Assembly (NCBI GenBank): GCA_023460935.1
Contig: JAEWOI010000026.1
Location: 6,803-70,802 of the forward strand
Direction: 5' to 3'
Length of the DNA stretch: 64,000 bases
From: Actinomycetes bacterium
GTDB taxonomy: Bacteria > Actinomycetota > Actinomycetes > Propionibacteriales > Propionibacteriaceae
Below, in pieces: positions 37,759 through 46,209 of the stretch (positions are counted from its first letter, which is position 1; every line of letters begins with the position of its first letter). Position numbers and translations under genes: made by a program. The notes under the pieces were generated by a model. It was not told the origin of the DNA, did not search any database, and worked only from the letters and a program-made list of their open reading frames with translations.

Positions 37759-39165
37759 GTGACTAACCAACTGGATGGTGTGCCGGGTACCGCGCATCAG
37801 AAGAACTTGAAGAAGGTCGCCGGGCCGATGCTCCTGTGGGGCATCGCCGTGGGCGCGGTGATCTCGGGCGACTACTACGGCTGGAACGCCGGCCTGGGCT
37901 TCACCGGCTACTGGGGCTACCTGGTCGCGCTGGCCATCATGGGGCTGATGTACCTGGGCCTCTCGCTGGTCATCGGTGAGCTCGGCAGCGCGATCCCGCA
38001 CTCCGGCGGGGCCTACGCGTACGTCCGCACCGCCCTGGGCAAGGTCTGGGGCTACATCGCCGGCGTCAGCGTGCTGCTCGAGTTCGTGTTCTCCCCGGTC
38101 GCCGTCGCCCTCACCGTCGGTGCTTACGTCCAGGTGCTGTTCCCGAATGTCCCGATCTTGCTCAGCGCCGCCATCTGCTACGTGGTCTCGATCGTGCTGC
38201 ACCTCAGCGGCGCGGCCGGGTCGATGCGCTTCGAGTTCGTGGTCACGGCCATCGCAGTGCTCGGCCTGGTGCTGTTCGCAGCCATCGGCCTGCCGAAGGT
38301 GACGCTGGAGAACATCAACGCCTACTCCGACGGGGCGATCTTCCCCAACGGCATCCCGGGCCTTTGGGCCGCACTGCCGCTGGCGGCCTGGTTCTTCTTC
38401 GCGATCGAGAGCCTCCCGATGACCGCGGAGGAGACCCGCAACCCGGCCAAGGACATGCCGCGCGCGCTGATCTGGTCCTGGCTGAGCCTTGCCGTGATCG
38501 GTGTGGTCACGCTCACGGTCGCCTCTGGCGTCGGGGATGAGAACCTGCCCAGCGCCGCGGCCCCGCTGACCGCTGCCCTGCAGAACGTGGTGGGCGAGCA
38601 GGCCTGGATCGTGCCCACGATCGCGCTGTTCAGCCTGGTCGCCCTGCTCGCTTCCTTCCACGCCATCCTGCTCGGCTACTCCCGCCAGGTGTTCGCGCTC
38701 TCCCGCGCCGGCTACCTGCCCGAGTGGCTCTCCCAGCTGAACTCGCGCAAGGTCCCGATCTGGGCGCTGATCGTCCCCGGCATCATCGGCTTCCTGTTCT
38801 GCATCGTCGGTGACCAGTGGCTGTCCGACGCCATCCCCGTGCTGGTCACGCTGTCCGTGCTCGTGGCCGCCGTGTCCTACATGCTGATGATGATCTCCGC
38901 GATCGTGCTGCGCCGGCGCCGTCCCGACCTGCACCGGCCCTACCGGGTTCCGGGTGGGGAGTGGCTGATGTGGGTCAGCCTGGTGATCGCGTTCATCCTG
39001 ATCCCGGCCTCCCTGGTGGCCTACCCGATCGCCTTCGTCGTCGGCGTCGTGGTGATCGGGCTGTTCCTCGCGTACTACTACGCGGTGGGCAGCAAGCGGG
39101 CGGGCAACCGCACCGCAGAGGAGGAACTGGCGGCCCTGGAGGCTGCCGAGGCCGAACTCGAGTAA
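37759..39165 (+). CDS. APC-superfamily permease, ethanolamine permease (Eat)-like
   Basis: LWGIAVGAVISGDYYGWNAGL, IPHSGGAY, WFFFAIE, AEETRNP, SFHAILLGYSRQ, RPYRVPG. Confidence 0.88.
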   Translation: MTNQLDGVPGTAHQKNLKKVAGPMLLWGIAVGAVISGDYYGWNAGLGFTGYWGYLVALAIMGLMYLGLSLVIGELGSAIPHSGGAYAYVRTALGKVWGYIAGVSVLLEFVFSPVAVALTVGAYVQVLFPNVPILLSAAICYVVSIVLHLSGAAGSMRFEFVVTAIAVLGLVLFAAIGLPKVTLENINAYSDGAIFPNGIPGLWAALPLAAWFFFAIESLPMTAEETRNPAKDMPRALIWSWLSLAVIGVVTLTVASGVGDENLPSAAAPLTAALQNVVGEQAWIVPTIALFSLVALLASFHAILLGYSRQVFALSRAGYLPEWLSQLNSRKVPIWALIVPGIIGFLFCIVGDQWLSDAIPVLVTLSVLVAAVSYMLMMISAIVLRRRRPDLHRPYRVPGGEWLMWVSLVIAFILIPASLVAYPIAFVVGVVVIGLFLAYYYAVGSKRAGNRTAEEELAALEAAEAELE

Positions 39166-39282
39166 CCCAACAAGCCTGGGATCGCCCGCCCGCCTAGCGC
39201 GATCCCGGATGAAATCGGTGGCCGGCGGTGGTATGAGAGGAACACACCGCCGGCCGCCGCTCGAGTCTGTGAGGAGTGTTCG

Positions 39283-40089
39283 TTGAAACCGCGATCCTGG
39301 TACCGCGCCTACCTGTTCGACCTGGACGGGACGATCTACCTGGGCGACCACCTGCTGCCGAGCGTCCAGACCGCGCTCGCCCGCATCCGCGGACGGGGGA
39401 TCCCGGTGCGGTTCCTCTCGAACAACCCGACCAAGAGCCCGGCCGATTACCTGGCCAAGCTCAACGGGCTGGGGTTGGCGGCCCAGCCGTCCGAGATCGT
39501 CAACACCCTCGTCACCACCACGTCCTGGCTGGTGGAGCACCGTCCGGGCGCGAAGGTCTTCCCGATCGGGGAGCAACCACTGGCCGATGCCCTGGCCGCG
39601 GCGGGCATCGAGGTCACCGACGACCCGGCCCAGATCGACATCGTGCTGGCCAGCTACGACCGCGGCTTCACCTACCGCAAGCTGCAGATCGCCTTCGACG
39701 CGCTGTGGTTCCACAAGCGGGCGGTGCTGATGTCGACCAACCCCGACCGGTACTGCCCCTTCCCCGGCGGCCGCGGTGAGCCCGACGCTGCGAGCATCGT
39801 CGCGGCGATCGAGGCCTGCACCGGGGTGACCTGCGAGCGCACCTTCGGCAAGCCCTCCCGCCAGATGCTGGAGGTGATCATGCACGACCTGGGCGCACCG
39901 CTGGATGCCGCGGTGATGGTGGGCGACCGGCTGATGACCGACATCGCGATGGCGCGCCGGGCCGGGATGGACGCAGCCCTCGTGCTCACCGGCGACTCGC
40001 GGCGCGAGGAGATCGAAGCCCTGCCCCCGGAGGAGCGCCCCACCTGGGTGCTCGAGGAGCTCAACGACCTGCTGCCGGACGTGGGGTAG
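39283..40089 (+). CDS. HAD-IIA (NagD/AraL-like) phosphatase
   Basis: FDLDGTIY, LSNN, TNPD, FGKPS, MVGDRLMTDI, VLTG; TTG start after GAGGAG. Confidence 0.93.
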   Translation: MKPRSWYRAYLFDLDGTIYLGDHLLPSVQTALARIRGRGIPVRFLSNNPTKSPADYLAKLNGLGLAAQPSEIVNTLVTTTSWLVEHRPGAKVFPIGEQPLADALAAAGIEVTDDPAQIDIVLASYDRGFTYRKLQIAFDALWFHKRAVLMSTNPDRYCPFPGGRGEPDAASIVAAIEACTGVTCERTFGKPSRQMLEVIMHDLGAPLDAAVMVGDRLMTDIAMARRAGMDAALVLTGDSRREEIEALPPEERPTWVLEELNDLLPDVG

Positions 40090-40107
40090 CGGCGGGCGGG
40101 ACGCCGC

Positions 40108-40872
40108 TCAGTCCCGGCTGCGGACCAGCGCCCTGGCGATCGCGCGGCGCAGGCCGCCGGGCGCCACCCACAGCCCGGCCCGCGCCACCCGCCAGCGCCT
40201 GGCCGGGATGCTGATCACCCGGCCCGCCTCAGCGTCGCGCAGGCCCTTCTCCGCAACCCGGTCGGCCTCCACCCAAACCCACTCCGGGATTGAACCGGTG
40301 CGGATGCCGGCGCGCTCGTGGAACTCCGTGCGGACCCAGCCCGGGCAGACGGCAGTGACCGTCACCCCGGTGCCGTGCAGTTCGTTCGACAGGCCCTCGG
40401 AGTACGCCCGTACCCATGCCTTGATCGCCGAGTAGTGGCCCTGGGAGATCCAGCTGGCCAGGGAGGAGATGTTGATGATCCGGCCCTGTCCGCGCTTGCG
40501 CATCGCCCGGGCCGCGGCGCCACCAAGGACGAGGACCGCGTAGCACATCACGTCCAGCGCCCGGCGGTGGGCGGCGACGTCGGGGTCGGCGAGCTTCACG
40601 TGGAGCCCGAAGCCGGCGTTGTTCACCAGGAGGTCCACCGGTGCCGACTCGTCCTCCAGCCGCACCGCCACCCGGGCCAGGTCGGACGGATCACCCAGGT
40701 CGGCGGGCAGCACCTCGACCGAGACACCGTGTGCCCGCTCCAGTTCCGCGGCCGTGGCGGCCAAGCGGTCCGTGTCCCTGGAGACGAGCACCAGGTCGCT
40801 GCCCCGCGCGGCCAGGGCACGCGCGAAGGCAGCGCCGATGCCGGCGGTCGGACCGGTGATGAGAGCACGCAT
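40108..40872 (-). CDS. Short-chain dehydrogenase/reductase
   Basis: ITGPTAGIG, LVNNAGFG, YSAIK, CPGWVRTEF; leaderless TAGAGT-7nt-ATG. Confidence 0.93.
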   Translation of the reverse strand: MRALITGPTAGIGAAFARALAARGSDLVLVSRDTDRLAATAAELERAHGVSVEVLPADLGDPSDLARVAVRLEDESAPVDLLVNNAGFGLHVKLADPDVAAHRRALDVMCYAVLVLGGAAARAMRKRGQGRIINISSLASWISQGHYSAIKAWVRAYSEGLSNELHGTGVTVTAVCPGWVRTEFHERAGIRTGSIPEWVWVEADRVAEKGLRDAEAGRVISIPARRWRVARAGLWVAPGGLRRAIARALVRSRD

Positions 40873-41050
40873 GCCGGGCACTCTAGCCAACCCTCCCGGC
40901 GGGCCGTTGCCCATCCGGAGCGGCTTGCCAACCTCGCAGAACTGCGCAACCGGCGACGGCCGGTTCCTTAGTTACGGCACCGTAGGCTGGCTGCACTGTT
41001 CTGGAGTCGCCGCCCGGCCGTTCCCGAAGGAACGGTTGGAAGGTAATCAC

Positions 41051-42160
41051 ATGTCGACAGCCATCATGGCCGACCCCCCGGTCCGTGCCGCCCGCAGTGA
41101 GGCGGTCCGCGCCGAACTCGCCAAGCGAACCCACAGCTTCACCGAACTCGCCCACGCCGTGCGCACAGCCGGCCTGAACGGCCGCACCCGCTGGTTCTAC
41201 GCAGCGGTCCTCGCCGGCCTGGTCGCTGCGCTCGGCGGCTCGTTCACGGGCCTGGTGCTGCTGGGCGACTCCTGGTTCCAGTTGCTGATCGCCGCGACGC
41301 TCGGCATCATCTTCACCCAGTTCGCGTTCGTCGGGCACGAGGCTTCCCATCGCCAGGTGCTCACCTCCGGCAAGGCGAACGACCACCTCGGCCGGGTGCT
41401 CGCCGCCTTCTTCGTCGGCATCAGCTACGCGTGGTGGATGAACAAGCACACCCGCCACCACGGCAACCCGAACAAGGTCGGCAAGGATCCCGACATCGCG
41501 CTCGGCAACGTCGCCTTCACCGCGGAGGACGCAGCCACGACCAGCGGGTTCCGGGCCTGGCTGGTGCGCCGCCAGGGCTGGCTGTTCTTCCCGCTGCTGT
41601 TCCTGGTGGGCATCGACCTGCACCAGGAGTCGATCCGCGACCTGTTCACGCGCCGCGGCGTCCAGGGCCGCTGGCTCGAACTGGCGCTGATCACAGCTCG
41701 CTCGGCGGCCTACCTCGGGGTGCTGTTCTGGCTGCTGCCGGTGGGCATGGCCTTCGCCTTCCTCGGCGTGCAGCTGGCAGTGTTCGGCTTCTACATGGGG
41801 GCCAGCTTCGCCCCCAACCACATCGCGATGCCGATCGTGCCCCATGACTCCCGGCTGGACTTCCTCGACAAGCAGGTGCTTACCTCACGCAACGTGGCCG
41901 GGGGCTGGTGGATGACCGCGCTGATGGGCGGCCTGAACTACCAGATCGAGCACCACCTGTTCCCGAGCATGCCGCGCCCACACCTCTTCCGGGCGCGCCG
42001 GTTGGTGCGCGACCACTGCCGTGAGCACGGCGTGCCCTACACCGAGACGGGGTTGTTCGAAGCGCTGGCGATCGTCGTGCGGTACCTGAACCAGGTGGGC
42101 CTGGGCGCCCAACGCAGTGGCTTCCGCTGCCCGGCGGCCGCCGGCATGGGGCGACCCTGA
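41051..42160 (+). CDS. Fatty acid (acyl-CoA/acyl-lipid) desaturase
   Basis: His boxes HEASH, HTRHH, QIEHHLFP. Confidence 0.93.
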   Translation: MSTAIMADPPVRAARSEAVRAELAKRTHSFTELAHAVRTAGLNGRTRWFYAAVLAGLVAALGGSFTGLVLLGDSWFQLLIAATLGIIFTQFAFVGHEASHRQVLTSGKANDHLGRVLAAFFVGISYAWWMNKHTRHHGNPNKVGKDPDIALGNVAFTAEDAATTSGFRAWLVRRQGWLFFPLLFLVGIDLHQESIRDLFTRRGVQGRWLELALITARSAAYLGVLFWLLPVGMAFAFLGVQLAVFGFYMGASFAPNHIAMPIVPHDSRLDFLDKQVLTSRNVAGGWWMTALMGGLNYQIEHHLFPSMPRPHLFRARRLVRDHCREHGVPYTETGLFEALAIVVRYLNQVGLGAQRSGFRCPAAAGMGRP

Positions 42161-42379
42161 CGCGCCCGGCCCGGCCGGCCGGCGCCGGCGGGAGCGCACA
42201 GCTGGTACAGTTGGGCACTGCACCACTGGTGCCCACAGACCAACTCGCGCATTTCGAGAACGCGCCCGGCCGACAGCCACCGCTGAACCTGCGGAGCCGC
42301 CGGGCCCGCGCCGAAGAGCGCAGCCCAGGTCCGGCACGGCTCCCGGCCGGCGGATTTCCTACGACGAATCGACTCGACA

Positions 42380-42709
42380 ATCACCATCGCAACACCCAGC
42401 CACAGCGCTCTCACCTGGCGCCAGTCGGCCCGCGACCTGCACGCAGCGACCCTCGACGGGGAGTTCGCCGGCTACATCGCCCGTAGCGGCGAACGCCACC
42501 TCCTGCACGGACGACTCGCCCAACCGTTGGGCGACTACCCGACGCTGGCACGGGCCAAGGCCGCGCTGCGCCCCACCGGCCGCGCGCCCGAACCCGTCCG
42601 GCGTCGCTCGCAGCGCTCCGCGCTGTCATCCAAGGATCCCCGCACCGGCGTCGCCGTTGCGGTAAACCGAACCGCACCGTGCGGTTCACGTAGTAGAAGG
42701 AATACCGAC
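42380..42709 (+). other. Cryptic coding-like frame without canonical start, continuous in frame with the csp gene
   Basis: Translates [63 protein letters not shown]...; frame open from 42287 to the csp stop. Confidence 0.45.
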
Positions 42710-42913
42710 ATGGCCACTGGCACTGTCAAATGGTTCAACTCCGACAAGGGCTTCGGCTTCATCGCCCCGGCTGACGGCAGCGCCGACGTGTTCGCGCACT
42801 TCAGCGCCATCACTGGCACCGGCCGCCGCGACCTTTACGAGGGCCAGCAGGTCGAGTTCGACACCGAGCGCGGCCAGAAGGGCCTTCAGGCCACCAACAT
42901 CCGGGCGCTCTGA
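42710..42913 (+). CDS. cspA: Cold-shock protein (CspA family)
   Basis: [37 protein letters not shown]. Confidence 0.96.
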   Translation: MATGTVKWFNSDKGFGFIAPADGSADVFAHFSAITGTGRRDLYEGQQVEFDTERGQKGLQATNIRAL

Positions 42914-43002
42914 CGCGGGTGCGTCCGCGGCGCGGCGGCCGAGCTGCTGCCGCGCCCGGACGCCTGGCCGAGCGACCCTCCCTTTCGAAAGCAGACAACT
43001 AC

Positions 43003-44457
43003 TTGTCCAATCCCGACTTCACCCGGCAGTCCTTCGCTGCCCTGGGTGTTCCCTCAAGGCTCGTCGACCCGCTGATGCAGGCCGGCATCCTGAGCCCGTT
43101 CCCGATCCAGCAGGCCACCCTGCCCGACACGCTCGCCGGTAGCGACGTGCTCGGCCGCGGCCGCACCGGATCAGGCAAGACCCTTGCGTTCGCGTTGCCC
43201 CTGGTGGCCCGCGTCGGCGGGCTCGTGCCTTCGGCGAACTCCCGCCCCACCCAGCCCGGACGGCCGCGCGGGCTGGTGCTCGCCCCGACCCGTGAGCTGG
43301 CCAACCAGATCCTGGCCACGGTAGAGCCACTGGCCACCGCAGCCGGCCTGAAGGTGATGACGATCTTCGGCGGGGTGAACCAGACCCGCCAGGTGCAGCA
43401 GCTGCGCCGCGGCACCGACCTGGTCGTGGCCACCCCCGGCCGGCTGGAGGACCTGATGGCCCAGGGCCACGTCCGCCTCGACGCGGTGGCGGTGACCGTC
43501 ATCGACGAGGCCGACCACATGGCCGATCTCGGCTTCCTTCCCGGGGTCACCCGGATCCTCGCCGCCACGCCTGCCGGCGGCCAGCGCCTGCTGTTCTCGG
43601 CCACCCTGGACTCCGGGGTGGACAAGCTCGTCAAGCGCTTCCTCAGCGCCCCGCTGGTGCACAGCGTGGACAGCGCGGAGTCCCCGGTCGCAGAACTCAC
43701 CCACCACGTCTTCCTCGTGGGTGACGCGACGCAGAAGCGTCAGGTGGTGCGCCAGCTGGCCGGTGGCACCGGGCGCCGGCTGCTGTTCACCCGCACCAAG
43801 CACCAGGCCCGCAAACTGGCCAGGGAACTCACCGCGGACGGCGTGCCTGCGGTGGAGCTGCACGGCAACCTGTCCCAGAACGCCCGCGAGCGTGGCCTGC
43901 AGGCCTTCGCCTCGGGGCAGGTGAGGGTGATGGTGGCCACCGACATCGCCGCGCGCGGCATCCACGTCGACGGTATCGACCTGGTCGTGCACGTCGACCC
44001 GCCCGCAGAGCACAAGGCCTACCTGCACCGCTCCGGGCGGACCGCCCGGGCCGGCACCGACGGTGACGTGATCACCCTGGTGCTGCCGGAGCAGCGCCGC
44101 GACTTCACTGCCCTGGCCAAGGCAGCCAAGATCAGCGCAGCACCCGCACCGGTGCGCGCAGGGGATGCCCGGGTGGTCGAGCTCACCGGCAGGCAGGCCG
44201 CGATCGTGGCGCCCGCGGACGCACCTGCTGCGGCGGCGCGGAAGGGTACTGCCGATGCGGCCGGGCCCCGTCCGGACTCGTCGCGGCGCCGCTCCGGGCA
44301 GCCCGGGAAGGCCCGGTCAGCCGCTCCCGCGGGCGGGCGGAACCGGCTCGCCGGGGTGCGCCCGGCAGGCTCCCGCTCCGACGCAGTGGTGCAGCTGTCG
44401 AAGCAGGGCAGCAGGCGGCGCCCCTCCGGTCGGCGACCGGTGCGGCTCTCGGCCTGA
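43003..44457 (+). CDS. DEAD-box RNA helicase
   Basis: PFPIQ, GRTGSGKT, PTRELA, TPGRL, DEAD, SAT, ARGIH, HRSGRTAR; start (TTG) approximate. Confidence 0.95.
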   Translation: MSNPDFTRQSFAALGVPSRLVDPLMQAGILSPFPIQQATLPDTLAGSDVLGRGRTGSGKTLAFALPLVARVGGLVPSANSRPTQPGRPRGLVLAPTRELANQILATVEPLATAAGLKVMTIFGGVNQTRQVQQLRRGTDLVVATPGRLEDLMAQGHVRLDAVAVTVIDEADHMADLGFLPGVTRILAATPAGGQRLLFSATLDSGVDKLVKRFLSAPLVHSVDSAESPVAELTHHVFLVGDATQKRQVVRQLAGGTGRRLLFTRTKHQARKLARELTADGVPAVELHGNLSQNARERGLQAFASGQVRVMVATDIAARGIHVDGIDLVVHVDPPAEHKAYLHRSGRTARAGTDGDVITLVLPEQRRDFTALAKAAKISAAPAPVRAGDARVVELTGRQAAIVAPADAPAAAARKGTADAAGPRPDSSRRRSGQPGKARSAAPAGGRNRLAGVRPAGSRSDAVVQLSKQGSRRRPSGRRPVRLSA

Positions 44458-44480
44458 CCGGGGCCGAGTACCGAGCACAA

Positions 44481-44522
44481 CGCAGAAGCCACCGGTAACC
44501 CGGTGGCTTCTGCGGTTTCGTT
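44481..44522 (+). terminator. Intrinsic terminator, probably bidirectional
   Basis: CGCAGAAGCCACCGG-TAAC-CCGGTGGCTTCTGCG followed by GTTTCGTT, between convergent genes. Confidence 0.8.
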
Positions 44523-44542
44523 GTGGGGTCGGCCGAGAAGCG

Positions 44543-45079
44543 CTACCGGCCGGAGCGCTCGCGGTTGCGGAACCACAGCACCGCGGACAAAAGGGTCGCG
44601 AAGGCCGTCCACAGCGCGTAGGGCAGCAGTGCCCGGCCGAAGCGCCGCTCGACCCGGCCGGCCCGCCGCGCGAGCCGGGCGCTGCTGGCGGCAAGGACGC
44701 CGGCGCCGATGGTCGCGGCCCCCAGGTTGTGGGCGCGGAAGAAGAGCCAGCTCCAGCCGCCGTTGAGCGCGAGGTTGCGGGTCAGCGCCCTGCGGTAGTC
44801 GTCAGCCTCCTCGTGTTCACCGCGACGCTCCAGCTCGTTCAGCACCGCTGTGGAGGCTGCGGCGATCATTGCGTAGAGCGCCGTCCACACGATGGGGAAG
44901 GCCGCCGACGGGGGCTGCCAGGAGGGTTTGTCCAGCTTGGCGTACCAGCGTCCGTCCGGGTCGGTCGCCAGCGATCCGGCCAGCGCGGCAGCACCGACCC
45001 GGCCGGCGGACCCGGCCAGGTTCCGGCGGCGATGCACGTGTCGCCGCGGGGGAGCGAAGGGATCTGCTTCGAGGTTCAT
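44543..45079 (-). CDS. tspO: TspO/MBR family tryptophan-rich sensory protein
   Basis: WYAKLDKPSWQPP..FPIVWTALY, NLALNGGWSWLFF, LLPYALWTAFA. Confidence 0.92.
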   Translation of the reverse strand: MNLEADPFAPPRRHVHRRRNLAGSAGRVGAAALAGSLATDPDGRWYAKLDKPSWQPPSAAFPIVWTALYAMIAAASTAVLNELERRGEHEEADDYRRALTRNLALNGGWSWLFFRAHNLGAATIGAGVLAASSARLARRAGRVERRFGRALLPYALWTAFATLLSAVLWFRNRERSGR

Positions 45080-45262
45080 GGCGTCTCCTTACCCACCCAA
45101 GCCTGTCACTTCCGCAGCGGGCGCACAGGCGGTGCGCCGCGGCCGTGCCCGGACGGTCGAATCGATCCCGGCGCCGGTGGGTACGGGGTCTGGACGGATC
45201 CGCCGAAGGCAGGCGGAGCATGCTCCCGGGGAGCCGGGGACTGATGCGAAGGAGTTCGAGCG

Positions 45263-45985
45263 ATGACGACGAAGGTGAACAAGTCGGTGGTTGTGGACGT
45301 GCCGCTGGCCACTGTGTACAACCAGTGGACCCAGTTCGAGGAGTTCCCACACTTCATGAACGGCGTGGAGCAGGTGACCCAGCTGGCCGACGACCGGCTG
45401 GAGTGGGTGGCCGAGATCGTCGGGGTGCGCCGGCAGTGGATCGCGAAGATCCTCGAGCAGGTGCCCGACCAGAAGGTGGCCTGGGCTGCGGTGGAGGGTG
45501 CCACCAATGCCGGACAGGTGACCTTCGAGCCGGTCGGCCCCGACCAGACCAGGGTGAACCTCAGCCTCGAGTACGAGCCGCAGGGCATGCTCGAGCACCT
45601 GGGCGACAAGCTGCACATCATCGAGTCGCAGGCCGAGGGGGACCTGGAGCGGTTCAAGCAGTTCATCGAGTCCGAGGGCTACGAGACCGGGGCCTGGCGC
45701 GGCTCGATCAAGCCCGGCGCCACATACCGCAGCCCGGGCGTCGAGGACGCGGCCTCCTCCTACGGCGATTCCGGCAAGGTGGGTGACGCCGCAGCCCGCG
45801 AGGCCGGTTTCCGCGACCCGGCCGCCGGTGCGGGTGCAGCTGGCGGCCTCACCGGCACCACGACGTTCGGGACCGAGCCGCTGGCGGGCGACCGCGGGCG
45901 CAACGCCACCGACGCCGCCAGCGGGTTCGGTGACCCGGCCTCCGACGAGCCCGGAGTGATCCGCCGCGACAGCGACCAGCGCTGA
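45263..45985 (+). CDS. SRPBCC (polyketide cyclase/dehydrase-like) family protein
   Basis: VDVPLATVYNQWTQFEEFPHFMNGVE, DLERFKQFIE, ETGAWRG. Confidence 0.9.
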   Translation: MTTKVNKSVVVDVPLATVYNQWTQFEEFPHFMNGVEQVTQLADDRLEWVAEIVGVRRQWIAKILEQVPDQKVAWAAVEGATNAGQVTFEPVGPDQTRVNLSLEYEPQGMLEHLGDKLHIIESQAEGDLERFKQFIESEGYETGAWRGSIKPGATYRSPGVEDAASSYGDSGKVGDAAAREAGFRDPAAGAGAAGGLTGTTTFGTEPLAGDRGRNATDAASGFGDPASDEPGVIRRDSDQR

Positions 45986-45993
45986 CCGCCACG

Positions 45994-46123
45994 CGGGGAC
46001 GGTTCCGGGTTCGTTTCACCGGAGCCGTCCCCGAGGCTCGTCCGCACAGTCTGGCGCGCCGGGGACGGTTCCTTTCGCGCCACGCGCAGTCTGGCGCGCC
46101 GGGGACGGTTCCTTTCGCGCCAC
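45994..46123. repeat. REP-like family B, intergenic cluster (hairpin plus two 40-bp tandem copies)
   Basis: CGGGGACGGTTCCGG..CCGGAGCCGTCCCCG; CAGTCTGGCGCGCCGGGGACGGTTCCTTTCGCGCCAC x2. Confidence 0.9.
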
Positions 46124-46209
46124 CGGGGCCGTCCGGAGCGTCCGGCCAGCATTGAGCCATCCGCCCGCTGGGTAAGGACCACAGGGAACCGGGACGGGGG
46201 GGAGACGAA

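Noticed and set aside
33684..39165. Naming these genes xylB or eat
   Set aside because: No xylose isomerase or ethanolamine ammonia-lyase genes are nearby, so the substrates are unsupported.
45994..46123. Mini-CRISPR or IS terminal inverted repeats
   Set aside because: The 40-bp units are near-identical tandem copies without unique spacers; no transposase or target-site duplication is visible.
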